This document shows positions 31,937 to 41,856 of a stretch of 64,000 nt of DNA, piece by piece. Each line of letters starts with the position of its first letter. Position 1 is the first letter of the stretch. The notes under the pieces are model-generated. The model did no database searches. It was not told where the DNA came from and was given only the letters and a program-made list of their open reading frames with translations. Position numbers and translations under genes: made by a program. The DNA comes from Flavobacterium sp. (GTDB taxonomy: Bacteria; Bacteroidota; Bacteroidia; Flavobacteriales; Flavobacteriaceae): the NCBI GenBank assembly GCA_018401995.1, contig JAGYJR010000001.1, positions 1,534 through 65,533 of the forward strand, in the 5' to 3' direction.

Positions 31937-32781
31937 TAAGCGATAATATTGAATTGATAACGTAAATAAGATTTGCTCAAAATTACTAATTTTAAAGGGT
32001 TTGAAATACGAATTCGAGCATTTAAAAATTCCTCTGGCTGCGTTTTACTTATTTTGTTCATTAAACTTCTGTAATAACGAAAAGCCGTGTAAACACCAAA
32101 CTTAGCTTCAACAGGTAATTGTAAAATTCCTTTAAAAGCCTCATCAAAATCTGCTTCAATTTCAGCAACAATTTGCTTCTTATTTTCATTGGTTAAGGAA
32201 GAAAAATTAATACCAGGAAAATAAATACGTCCCAAAGTTTCGTAATCGTGTTTCAAGTCACGTAAGAAATTCACCTTTTGAAAAGCAGAACCCAAACGCA
32301 TCGCACTAGATTTCAATTCTTCGTAACGCTTTTCATCTCCAGCAACAAAGACCTTCAAACACATCAAGCCCACTACATCAGCCGAACCGTAAATATATTC
32401 TTCATACTCCGCTACAGTTTCGTATTCTTTTTTTGTCAAATCCATGCGCATACTTTTCATGAAAGGCGGAACCAAATCGTGTAACTTATACTCATGTACC
32501 ACACGCTGAAAAGCATTCAAAACTGGATTCAAACTAATTTTACGTTCCAATGCTTTTTCGTACTCAGCCTCAAATTCGTCTAACAAAATTTCTTGATCGT
32601 ATCCTTCAAACGTATCTACAATTTCGTCAGCAAAGCGCACAAAACCATAAATCGCATAAATCTCATCTTGGATTTTAGGCGACAACATTTTAATAGCAAG
32701 CGAAAAAGAAGTACTGTACTTTTTGGTAATCTTCTTGCTACAGTCTAAAGAAACTTCATCAAACAATGCTTTCATAGGCAA
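31936..32781 (-). CDS. crtB: Phytoene synthase
   Basis: YSTSFS, DEIVD, YIYGSADVVG and NFLRDL motifs. Confidence 0.94.
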   Translation of the reverse strand: MPMKALFDEVSLDCSKKITKKYSTSFSLAIKMLSPKIQDEIYAIYGFVRFADEIVDTFEGYDQEILLDEFEAEYEKALERKISLNPVLNAFQRVVHEYKLHDLVPPFMKSMRMDLTKKEYETVAEYEEYIYGSADVVGLMCLKVFVAGDEKRYEELKSSAMRLGSAFQKVNFLRDLKHDYETLGRIYFPGINFSSLTNENKKQIVAEIEADFDEAFKGILQLPVEAKFGVYTAFRYYRSLMNKISKTQPEEFLNARIRISNPLKLVILSKSYLRYQFNIIA

Positions 32782-32811
32782 TATATTATGTAATTGTATA
32801 AATATACTAAA

Positions 32812-34266
32812 TTATATGTTCTTGATTATCTTTTCACTAACAATTTTTCCAGAAATTATAGATGGCGGAACACCAGGACCTGGAACGGTTAATTGACCAG
32901 TAAAATAGAGGTTTTCAACCTTTTTACTTTTAATTTTCGGACGAAGAAAAGCAGTTTGAGTCAAAATATTCGCTAAACCATAAGCATTTCCTTTGTACGA
33001 GTTGTAATCTTTTATAAAATCATTCACACAAAACGATTCCACAAATAAAACGCTAGAACGCAATTCTTGATTAGTTGATTTCTCTAAACGATCTAATATG
33101 ATATCAAAATATTTTTTTCTAATTGCTTCATTATCTTCTAAACCTGGAGCAATTGGAATTAAAAAAGTAGCTGCTTCTTTTCCTTCTGGTGCAAAATACG
33201 AATCAGTTATGGAAGGAAAACTAGCGTAATACAATGGGTTTTTAGGCCAAACTTTGGTATCATAAATTTCTTTAGCATGCGGTTCAAAAGGCGCATCAAA
33301 AAATAAGGTATGATGTTCCACATTTTTAATTTTTTTATCAAAACCTACATAAAACAACAAAGACGAAGGAGCAAATACCTTTTTATCCCAATAACTTTCA
33401 GAATACATTCTATTTTTTTCTTCTAGTAATTGCTCTGTATGATGATAATCTGCGCCACTTAAAACAATGTCTGCAAATTGCTTTTCCCCATTCACTACCA
33501 GTCCTGTGGCAGTTCCATTCTCTACAATAATTTCAGAAATAGTTGCATTGGTTACAAACTTCACGCCTAATTCTTTAGCTAGTGATTCCATAGCCAAAAC
33601 TACGCTATACATCCCGTTCTTTGGATGCCAAGTGCCTAAACCAAAATCCGCATAATTCATGAAATTATAGAAAGCAGGCGTATTTGAAGGTTTTGCACCT
33701 AAAAACAATACCGGAAACTCTAAGATTTGGATTAACTTTTCATTAGTAAAACGCTTGCGTACTTGTTGACTAACCGTGGAAAAAAACTGACTTACGCGTT
33801 GAATAGTTTCAAAACTCACTAATTCTAAAGGAGAATCTCCTGGTTTGTAAACCATTTTCTCAACAGCAATCGCATAATTTTCCCTTGCTTCATCAATAAA
33901 GGCTTGTAACTTAGCACCACTACCTTTTTCAATTGATTCAAAAGTTGTCTTTATATCCGCTAAATTATCTGCAATTGTAACTGATTCATTGTCTTTAAAA
34001 TACACCTGATATGCAGGTGTTAGTTTAAAAAGTTCGTAATAATCCGATACACTTTTACCAAAATCATTAAAAAACTTTTCAAATACATCGGGCATCCAAT
34101 ACCATGTTGGGCCTATATCAAAATGAAAACCATCACGATGCAATTGTCTTGCTCTTCCACCAACAGTAGCATTTTTTTCAAAAACAGTTACCTCATGACC
34201 TGCCTTTGCTAAATAAGACGAAGCCGATAAAGAAGCAAACCCTGAACCAATAATGTGAATTTTCAT
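32812..34266 (-). CDS. crtI: Phytoene desaturase
   Basis: IIGSG FAD-binding start, FDIGPTWY and PGPGVPP motifs. Confidence 0.92.
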   Translation of the reverse strand: MKIHIIGSGFASLSASSYLAKAGHEVTVFEKNATVGGRARQLHRDGFHFDIGPTWYWMPDVFEKFFNDFGKSVSDYYELFKLTPAYQVYFKDNESVTIADNLADIKTTFESIEKGSGAKLQAFIDEARENYAIAVEKMVYKPGDSPLELVSFETIQRVSQFFSTVSQQVRKRFTNEKLIQILEFPVLFLGAKPSNTPAFYNFMNYADFGLGTWHPKNGMYSVVLAMESLAKELGVKFVTNATISEIIVENGTATGLVVNGEKQFADIVLSGADYHHTEQLLEEKNRMYSESYWDKKVFAPSSLLFYVGFDKKIKNVEHHTLFFDAPFEPHAKEIYDTKVWPKNPLYYASFPSITDSYFAPEGKEAATFLIPIAPGLEDNEAIRKKYFDIILDRLEKSTNQELRSSVLFVESFCVNDFIKDYNSYKGNAYGLANILTQTAFLRPKIKSKKVENLYFTGQLTVPGPGVPPSIISGKIVSEKIIKNI

Positions 34267-34275
34267 ATATGTAAT

Positions 34276-34310
34276 TTTGTTTAACAAAGATACTGTTTTG
34301 ACTAAACAAA
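34276..34310. promoter_or_regulatory. crtI promoter (TATCTTTG on the minus strand) overlapped by palindromic putative operators
   Basis: TTTGTTTAACAAA at 34276-34288 and TTTGACTAAACAAA at 34297-34310; a near-identical TTTGATTAAACAAA lies at 35231-35244. Confidence 0.55.
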
Positions 34311-34325
34311 ACAAATAGTGTTTTC

Positions 34326-35219
34326 TTAAATTTCTGCTAAAAGACTTTCTATACCACTAAATTTACGAATCTGTTTAGGAACTTGATCAACAAATTGAGT
34401 TTGTTTTCCTAAAGTCCAAAGTTGATTAGTCGTATTTTCTAATATTCTACTAGAAAACTCATTCAAATATTCAGAAATTTCTTCAGAAGTTGGGGCAATA
34501 GTAAAATAAGAAATGAAAGTAATATCATCAAAATGATTGACAAAATCTTGTAAATCTTCTAAAGGAATATTATCTCCTAGAAATACGGTTTGATATCCTT
34601 TTTGGATTAGTTCAGCATTAACAAACATCAAACCCAAATCATGCACTTCATTATTAGGCAAAAACAAAATAAAAATCTTATCACTAGTAATTGGAGTATT
34701 AAGCTGAAGATTTTCAATAATTGAATTTAATTTCTGCTTAATTAAATAACTAATAAAATGTTCATGAGAAGGCTTAATAGTTCCTGTTTGCCACAAAATA
34801 CCAATTTCATCTAATAGAGGAATAAAAATTTGATAAAAAACTTCTTTAAACGATTTTTCGCTACAAACGTCATCATAGACTTTATGAAACAACTGCGCAT
34901 CAAAGTTTAGCATGGCAATTTTGAAATCATTGATAGCTAATTCTCTTTTACTTTTATCGTTATAAATTGATTTTACTAATTCTTGACGTTCAGCTTCATT
35001 CAACTTTGCAATTTTGGAAATCTTGTACCCAAAATTATTTAAGAAACTAACGTTTAAAAGGTTTGTTAAATCTTGATTTTCATACAGGCGTATATTGTTT
35101 TCAGTACGCTGAGGCGTGAAAATTTGATAGCGTTTTTCCCAAATTCGAATGGTATGAGCTTTAATACCCGATAGGTTTTCTAAATCTTTTACCGTGAAGA
35201 TTGTTTTTACTTTGTTCAT
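34326..35219 (-). CDS. MerR-family regulator with B12-binding domain (LitR/CarH-like)
   Basis: HTIRIWEKRY HTH, W-x9-EH (WQTGTIKPSHEH) and ExH (NEVHDLG); located directly upstream of crtI. Confidence 0.85.
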   Translation of the reverse strand: MNKVKTIFTVKDLENLSGIKAHTIRIWEKRYQIFTPQRTENNIRLYENQDLTNLLNVSFLNNFGYKISKIAKLNEAERQELVKSIYNDKSKRELAINDFKIAMLNFDAQLFHKVYDDVCSEKSFKEVFYQIFIPLLDEIGILWQTGTIKPSHEHFISYLIKQKLNSIIENLQLNTPITSDKIFILFLPNNEVHDLGLMFVNAELIQKGYQTVFLGDNIPLEDLQDFVNHFDDITFISYFTIAPTSEEISEYLNEFSSRILENTTNQLWTLGKQTQFVDQVPKQIRKFSGIESLLAEI

Positions 35220-35259
35220 CTTTTATTGAATTTGATTAAACAAAAGTAATCAAAATAAT

Positions 35260-36120
35260 CTAATACACAAGTGTACTGCGTAAATAAATTAAATTCCCAT
35301 TGAAAATATTAATATCTACAGCTCCTTTGATCCCAGAAACTTGCGCCTTTTCGGTAAACTGCCAGAGCAACCAATGCGATTCGGGTTCGTTACGCCAAAA
35401 ATTATAGTTGGCAATCCAAAAAGAATAATCAGAAAATTCCTTTTTTAAAAAATCATTATAATAACTTTCGCCAGAATAAATGATGGGTTTTACTTTGTAA
35501 TGTTTTTCCACCTTTGTTAACCAACGTTTCAAACCTACTTTCAAACTATCTAAAGATTGTTTTTTAGGCAATTGTTCAATATCCAAAACGGGCGGAAAGT
35601 CTCCTGGTTCAAGTTGTACAGTTTGTATAAAATTCTCCGCTTGTTGAATCGAATTCTCATTGGGACGGTAATAATGATATGCTCCACGAATGAACTGATG
35701 TTTTTTTGCTTGCTTCCAATTATTTTTAAATTTACTATCTACTTTATTCTTTCCAGCAGTAGCACGAACAAACACAAATTGCAATTGAAACGTATCTTCT
35801 ATTTTTCTAATTTCATTCCATTGAATGGTTCCTTGGTATTGCGAAACATCAAAACCAACCACTTTATCGGGATGTTTGGATAACACTTCATAAATGCGGA
35901 TATCGGCTATTTTTCGCTCCTCTTTGGAAAGCGCATTGACATTTTTATTGGTTTTAAATCCCAAATAATACAAAACGCCATCACGAAATTGATATACCGT
36001 AAAAACCGCAATTACCAATACCAAAAAACTAATACTAAAAAGAAGGATTCGGGTTGTCCAACTCTTTTTCGTTTTTCTTTTGGAATTCGCGCGACGCGTA
36101 TATGACTTTTTAGTAGCCAA
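35260..36120 (-). CDS. GH25 lysozyme/muramidase with N-terminal anchor
   Basis: GFDVSQYQG, GAYHYY, LDIE and WQFT motifs. Confidence 0.9.
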   Translation of the reverse strand: MATKKSYTRRANSKRKTKKSWTTRILLFSISFLVLVIAVFTVYQFRDGVLYYLGFKTNKNVNALSKEERKIADIRIYEVLSKHPDKVVGFDVSQYQGTIQWNEIRKIEDTFQLQFVFVRATAGKNKVDSKFKNNWKQAKKHQFIRGAYHYYRPNENSIQQAENFIQTVQLEPGDFPPVLDIEQLPKKQSLDSLKVGLKRWLTKVEKHYKVKPIIYSGESYYNDFLKKEFSDYSFWIANYNFWRNEPESHWLLWQFTEKAQVSGIKGAVDINIFNGNLIYLRSTLVY

Positions 36121-36125
36121 GAAAA

Positions 36126-36860
36126 TTACTTTTTAGAATGAAGAAGTAAAGATAAACCGATGTAAGAAAATATAATTATTGGAATAGCTACAAAACCTAA
36201 AACCAACAAAAGTAGTAATGAAAACCCAAGAAAAGAAAGTTGCAATTTACTAGTTTCCCAAGAAAATGATTTTACTTTTAAAGAAAACAGAGGAATATTG
36301 GCATTTAACAAATAAGAACTAACCACTGTAATGAACAACAAATAATAAGGATTAGAAAGTAATTCCGTCAACCATGTCCAGCTACTAAAATACTGAATCA
36401 TAGGAATACTCATGATTAGAATAGCATTGGCAGGCGTTGGTAAACCAATAAACGATTCGGTTTGACGCGTATCGATATTAAAATTTGCTAAACGATAACA
36501 AGAAGCAATGGTAATTAAAAAACCCAGGTAAGGCACAAAGCCCATATAGTAATACTCCTCAGTTAAGTAATAAATGGAAGTGTCATCTTTTTGGATATTA
36601 TCAAACAATTTAAACATCAACAAACCCGGAACAACACCGCTAGTAACCATATCGGCTAAAGAATCCAATTGCAAACCTAACGGACCAGCAACATTAAACT
36701 TTCTAGCAAAAAATCCATCCCAAAAATCAAAGAAAATACCCAAACTGACAAAAATAAAAGCTTCATCAAAAAAGCCATTAAAAATAGCAATCAAAGCCAA
36801 TAAACCAGAAGCTAAATTCAATAAAGTGATACTATTGGGAATGTGTTTTTTAATATCCAT
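36126..36860 (-). CDS. pssA: CDP-alcohol phosphatidyltransferase (PssA-like)
   Basis: PNSITLLN, DFWDGFFAR..LDSLAD, RLANFN and FIGLP motifs. Confidence 0.8.
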   Translation of the reverse strand: MDIKKHIPNSITLLNLASGLLALIAIFNGFFDEAFIFVSLGIFFDFWDGFFARKFNVAGPLGLQLDSLADMVTSGVVPGLLMFKLFDNIQKDDTSIYYLTEEYYYMGFVPYLGFLITIASCYRLANFNIDTRQTESFIGLPTPANAILIMSIPMIQYFSSWTWLTELLSNPYYLLFITVVSSYLLNANIPLFSLKVKSFSWETSKLQLSFLGFSLLLLLVLGFVAIPIIIFSYIGLSLLLHSKK

Positions 36861-37040
36861 GAAAGAAATGTTTGTTAAACGTATAATTAGTAAAACGAAG
36901 AAAATAAAACATATTCGTCTCAAAATTCGTACCTAAAAAAGAATACTTAATTAGATAAAGCAAATGTAATACAATATTGTAATACTTTTAGAGTTTAGTA
37001 TTTAAGAATTTTATTAGATATTTGTAAAAATAATTAGCGG

Positions 37041-38117
37041 TTGAAAAAGAGTTTTATAATTGGTCTTCTTCTAAGTAGTATTACCATTACTTATGGGCAA
37101 ACGGTGCGTAAATATTCCAATGAGTTTCTAAACATTGGAGTTGATGCGGCTGCATTAGGCATGAGTAATGCAGTAGTAGCACACACAGGCGATGTGAATT
37201 CTGGCTATTGGAATCCTGCAGGTTTGATTAAACTCGAGGACAAACAATTTGCTTTAATGCATGCCAATTATTTTGCAAATATTGCACAATACAACTACGC
37301 AGGTTTTGCTATGCCTATTGATGACAGAAGTGCTATTGGAGCTTCTATCATCCGTTTTGGAGTAGACGACATTTTAAATACAACCCAATTAATCGATAGC
37401 CAAGGAAACATTGATTACAACAGAATCTCCCTATTTTCAACAGCGGATTATGCGTTAACCGTTTCTTATGCAAGAAGCTTACCAATAGACGGATTAAATC
37501 TTGGAGTAAACGCGAAAATAATTCATAGAACTATTGGCGATTTTGCAAGTGCTTGGGGATTTGGTTTCGATTTGGGGCTACAATATATAAGTGACGAGGA
37601 AGACTGGAAGTTTGGCATTATGGTACGCGATATCACCACTACATACAACACGTGGACTATCAACGAAGAAGAGTTCAATAAAATTAGAGATGCAGTTCCT
37701 GGTGAAAATCAAGAATTACCAGAAACGAGCGAAATCACCTTACCAAAAGCACAATTGGGAGTCGCCAAAAAATGGATTATTCGTTACGATTATAGCCTAA
37801 CAGCAGCAGCGAACTTAAACACCAGATTCACAAGAACCAATGATATTATTTCAACCAATGCTATGAGTATTGACCCAGCATTGGGTTTTGAGTTTGGTTA
37901 TATTGAGTTAATCTACTTACGCGGTGGCGTGGGGAATTTCCAACAAATCACGCAAATAGACAATACAAGTAAATTAAGCTTTCAACCCAATTTCGGACTA
38001 GGTTTCAAATACCGAGGCATTCAAATTGATTACGCCTTAACCGATCTAGGAAACCAAAGTGCTGCTTTATATTCCAATATTTTTTCGGTAAAAGTAGATT
38101 TGGATTTGTTTAGGTAA
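37041..38117 (+). CDS. PorV/PorQ-family outer-membrane barrel (T9SS-associated)
   Basis: FLNIGVDAAALGM and YWNPAGL motifs; beta-barrel pattern. Confidence 0.78.
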   Translation: MKKSFIIGLLLSSITITYGQTVRKYSNEFLNIGVDAAALGMSNAVVAHTGDVNSGYWNPAGLIKLEDKQFALMHANYFANIAQYNYAGFAMPIDDRSAIGASIIRFGVDDILNTTQLIDSQGNIDYNRISLFSTADYALTVSYARSLPIDGLNLGVNAKIIHRTIGDFASAWGFGFDLGLQYISDEEDWKFGIMVRDITTTYNTWTINEEEFNKIRDAVPGENQELPETSEITLPKAQLGVAKKWIIRYDYSLTAAANLNTRFTRTNDIISTNAMSIDPALGFEFGYIELIYLRGGVGNFQQITQIDNTSKLSFQPNFGLGFKYRGIQIDYALTDLGNQSAALYSNIFSVKVDLDLFR

Positions 38118-38119
38118 TT

Positions 38120-38370
38120 TGAGAGAATAGAGATTAGAAGTTAGATTTTCGGATATTGGATTTTCAGATATTTGTAGCTAGTTTGAGGTTTATGGTTTAT
38201 AGTTTGTGGTTAATTGTTAATGGCTAATAATTTTTGAACTTGATTTTTGAACTTGAACTTGAATTTGAACTTAAACTTGATTTTGTCATTCCGCCGAAGT
38301 AGGAATCTCCTACGAAGTAGGTTGCCATTTGAGCGAAGCAAAAAAACAACAACAAACCATAAACAATAAA
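38120..38370 (+). repeat. Block of degenerate heptamer/hexamer repeats plus a TGTCATTCCG element at 38284-38345
   Basis: GTTTGAG-GTTTATG-GTTTATA-GTTTGTG and (TTGAAC)n runs, then TGTCATTCCG..AGGAATCTCCTACGAAGTAGG..GAGCGAAGC. Confidence 0.75.
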
Positions 38371-38373
38371 AAA

Positions 38374-39483
38374 ATGGTAAAAAAACTATTCGTTCTACTA
38401 ATTCTTTTAACAACTACTTTATCTTTTTCCCAATCCCTTTCAGAAAAAGCAACCATTAGCATCCTAAACTGTGGAACAGGAAATGAATCCTATTCACTCT
38501 ACGGACATACAGGAATTCGAATTAACGATCCGTTACAAGGAATTGATATTGTATTCAATTATGGCGCTTTTGATTTTGACACACCCAATTTCATGCTAAA
38601 ATTCGTAAAAGGCGATTTGCAATATTTTGTTACTACCAATTACTTCGCCGATTTTGAATATACCTATCGCTACGAAAAACGTTCTATATACGAACAAGAA
38701 ATTGACCTTTCCCAAGAACAAAAAGAGCTTTTATACCAACAACTAGTAAGTTCACTAACTTCAAGCGAAAAATATTACACCTATAAATTCATTGACCGCA
38801 ATTGCACCACTATGGTTATTGACAAAGTAAATGCGGTATTAGGAAACGAATACATTACAACCCTAAAACCAGTAACCATTAGTTACCGTGAAATTCTGTA
38901 TCCGTATATGGAAAATCACTTTTTTGAAAAATTAGGAATAAATATCATTTTTGGAACGAAAGTAGACCAACCTGCCGAACGCCTATTCTTACCATTGGAA
39001 TTAATTCAATCCTTAGAAAGCACAAAAATTAACGGAAAGTCATTAGCAAAACCAACAAAAACGCTTTACGAAGCTCCAGAAAACAAGTACCAACCCAACC
39101 CATTCAACAGCATCTACACCCTAATCATAGCACTTGGAATTATAATTTTAGTAAGAAAAAAATGGCTAACCCAAAGTTATTTTATCCTTTTAGGTGGCTT
39201 AGGTATTTTCTTTTGTTTGGTAGGTTTATACTCCCAACATGAAGAAGTTCTTTGGAATTACAATGCGTTTCTTTTCAATCCCATCTATTTGCTACTAACA
39301 TTTTTCTATTTCAAGAAAAATCAAAAAGGCATAGTGAAAACTGGGCAAATTATCATTTTCTGCCTGTTAGGATACGTGGTATACATGCTTGGAAAAATCC
39401 ATTTACTTATTGTTTTGCCTTTTATAGTTACCAATTTTCTATTGGTAGGAAGATTGATTTTGGAAAATAAAAGATTGGTTTAA
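38374..39483 (+). CDS. DUF4105 domain membrane protein (Lnb-like lipoprotein N-acyltransferase candidate)
   Basis: YGHTGIRI, FNYGAFDF and DRNCTT (His/Cys) motifs; C-terminal TM helices. Confidence 0.78.
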   Translation: MVKKLFVLLILLTTTLSFSQSLSEKATISILNCGTGNESYSLYGHTGIRINDPLQGIDIVFNYGAFDFDTPNFMLKFVKGDLQYFVTTNYFADFEYTYRYEKRSIYEQEIDLSQEQKELLYQQLVSSLTSSEKYYTYKFIDRNCTTMVIDKVNAVLGNEYITTLKPVTISYREILYPYMENHFFEKLGINIIFGTKVDQPAERLFLPLELIQSLESTKINGKSLAKPTKTLYEAPENKYQPNPFNSIYTLIIALGIIILVRKKWLTQSYFILLGGLGIFFCLVGLYSQHEEVLWNYNAFLFNPIYLLLTFFYFKKNQKGIVKTGQIIIFCLLGYVVYMLGKIHLLIVLPFIVTNFLLVGRLILENKRLV

Positions 39484-39484
39484 A

Positions 39485-39720
39485 GGAACAAACTCAAAAA
39501 TCAAGGGCAACTTCAAAAATCAACTTCAAACTACAAACTTGAAACTAAATTAGTTTTTAGTCGCAGTTTTCAGTCGCAGAGAAAATCCATTTCATCAGTG
39601 TTCTAAAACAAACACAACACTCCTGTGACCCGAGCGATTGCGAACTGACGAGTAAACTTTGCATTACAAATCTTCAAAAACAGATTCAACTTCAAACTAT
39701 AAACCTCAAACTTGAAACTT
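39485..39720. repeat. Single degenerate mosaic repeat unit related to the 41.2-kb and 45.3-kb arrays
   Basis: Contains TAGTTTTTAGTCGCAGTTTTCAGTCGCAGAGAAAATCC, TACAAATCTTCAA and AAACNNN heptamers. Confidence 0.75.
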
Positions 39721-39721
39721 G

Positions 39722-41104
39722 TTATTGTCCTCTAAAAAATAAAACCGTACTCAACGTCTTCACAATGATGTTAATATCCAAAAACAAACTACGGTGTTTA
39801 ATGTAATACAAGTCATAGCGTAACTTCATCAAGCTATCTTCTAAGTTTTCTCCGTAAGAATAATTCACTTGTGCCCAACCAGTAAGTCCTGGTTTAATTA
39901 CATGGCGCGTTTGATACATGGGAATGCTAGCTGCAATTTTCTCAACAAAAACAGGTCGTTCAGGTCGAGGGCCAATTACCGCCATTTCGCCTTTTAATAC
40001 ATTAACAAATTGAGGCACTTCATCCAATCGCGACTTTCGAAGTAATTTTCCAAAAGCGGTTATTCTGCTGTCATTGGTTGTAGCAAATACAGCACCATTT
40101 TGCTCAGCATTAACCACCATAGTTCTCAATTTAACTATATTAAAAGAAACTCCATTTCGACCTACGCGCTCTTGCTTGTAAAAAAGTGGTCCTTTGTTCC
40201 AAATCAAGTTAAAAAGAAATACAAATGGAAGAATAACAACTAAACCAAGTAAACCACAAACAGCAAATACAACATCAAAAACCCGAGTGTATAATTGGTA
40301 CAATTTATTCTGATTACTTCTACTAAAAGGAAAAAATTTATACAATTCCTTATCATCAAAATGAATGGGAAGTCGGTAAGTACCCGATTCATATACATCA
40401 TCATACTGGCGAATCACCACCCCGTTTTCAAGTAATTTTAGTAACAAATCATACAAAGCAGCATCCATAGTTTTTCTTGATCCATTGGCAACCACTATTT
40501 CTGAAATTGCATGCTCTTTCACATAAGATTCCAACTCAGAAAGTTGAATTTCGGGCAATGAAGTTGGTGCTTTTTTCTCATCTGTAGCTACAAAACCTTT
40601 AACCACATAGTGAGGATTACCAATACTTAATTCAAAAACTAAAGCTTCAACTTTCTTGCTACTTCCAATAAACAATACTCTTTTTATAAAACGATTGGAT
40701 GCTAAAAACACAATATAAAGATTCCTCCACAATAATAGAGCAAACAAAATAGAGAGAAAAAACAATATAATTTGTAATCGATTAGAAGGTAAAACAGGTG
40801 TATAAAAAGGAGTTAACAAATAAAATAAAGTAGTAACCGAAGTAGTTAAAATAATACTTTTGGTAACTTGAAACCGATTACTGGCTACTTGTAAATTATA
40901 CATTTCAAAAACCGTCCCTACTAAATTCAGATAAATAGCAAGAACTATTGTCCAATAAAAATTATCTACTCGAACAGCAAAATAATCAAACCTAAAAAAC
41001 TCGCTAATAAAATAAAGCGTAAGTAATACAACGAAAACATCAACCAAGCGCAATAATATTTTACGCTCAGAAATTTCAAAATGTATTTTCTTATTTGATT
41101 TCAT
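39722..41104 (-). CDS. Priming polyprenyl-phosphate glycosylphosphotransferase (WcaJ/WbaP-like)
   Basis: KLRTM, RLDEVPQFVNVLKGEM, GPRPE, KPGLTGWAQV and DLYYI motifs. Confidence 0.93.
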   Translation of the reverse strand: MKSNKKIHFEISERKILLRLVDVFVVLLTLYFISEFFRFDYFAVRVDNFYWTIVLAIYLNLVGTVFEMYNLQVASNRFQVTKSIILTTSVTTLFYLLTPFYTPVLPSNRLQIILFFLSILFALLLWRNLYIVFLASNRFIKRVLFIGSSKKVEALVFELSIGNPHYVVKGFVATDEKKAPTSLPEIQLSELESYVKEHAISEIVVANGSRKTMDAALYDLLLKLLENGVVIRQYDDVYESGTYRLPIHFDDKELYKFFPFSRSNQNKLYQLYTRVFDVVFAVCGLLGLVVILPFVFLFNLIWNKGPLFYKQERVGRNGVSFNIVKLRTMVVNAEQNGAVFATTNDSRITAFGKLLRKSRLDEVPQFVNVLKGEMAVIGPRPERPVFVEKIAASIPMYQTRHVIKPGLTGWAQVNYSYGENLEDSLMKLRYDLYYIKHRSLFLDINIIVKTLSTVLFFRGQ

Positions 41105-41168
41105 AGGTATTCAGTAATACTGCAAAGTAATGAATAAAATTCAAATTGTTAAAAAAATACTAAAAAAA

Positions 41169-41841
41169 TAGTTTTCAGTCTCAGTTTTCAGTCTCAGAAA
41201 AAAATCCGTGACCATCGGCTTCCGCTTTAGCACACAAATCCAAAATTAAATCAGCGTATATCCGTCTAACCTGTATCATTCGCGTTCCAAAAAACTTGAA
41301 ACAACAATCAAGAACAAGAACAACTAAAAATCAACAATAAACTACAAACAATAAACCATAAACAATAAACCACAAACTTGAAACTTAAAATATAGTTTCC
41401 AGTCGCAGTTTTCAGTCGCAGAGAAAATCCGTGACCATCAACTTCCGCTTTAGCGGACACATATCCAAATTTAAATCAGCGTAAATCGGTCTAACCTGTA
41501 TCATTCGCGTTCCAAAAAACTTGAAACAACAATCAAGAACGAGAACAACTAAAAATCAACAATAAACTACAAACAATAAACAATAAACCACAAACTTGAA
41601 ACTTAAAATATAGTTTCCAGTCGCAGTTTTCAGTCGCAGAGAAAATTCGTGACCATCAACTTCCGCTTTAGCGGACACATATCCAAATTTAAATCAGCGT
41701 AAATCGGTCTAACCTGTATCATTCGCGTTCCAAAAAACTTGAAACAACAATCAAGAACAAGAACAACTAAAAATCAACAATAAACTACAAACAATAAACC
41801 ATAAACAATAAACAATAAACCACAAACTTGAAACCTGAAAC
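41169..41841. repeat. Tandem array of three ~220-bp mosaic units
   Basis: Units start at 41169, 41393 and 41611 (periods 224 and 218 bp) and differ mainly in heptamer copy number. Confidence 0.95.
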
Positions 41842-41856
41842 AAAAAAATATACCCA

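Noticed and set aside
35260-36120. GH25 lysozyme as a prophage marker
   Set aside because: It is membrane-anchored, coupled to pssA, and has no phage genes nearby.
38210-38413. 67-aa ORF with a KFKFKF tract
   Set aside because: It is a by-product of hexamer repeats and overlaps the DUF4105 gene antisense.
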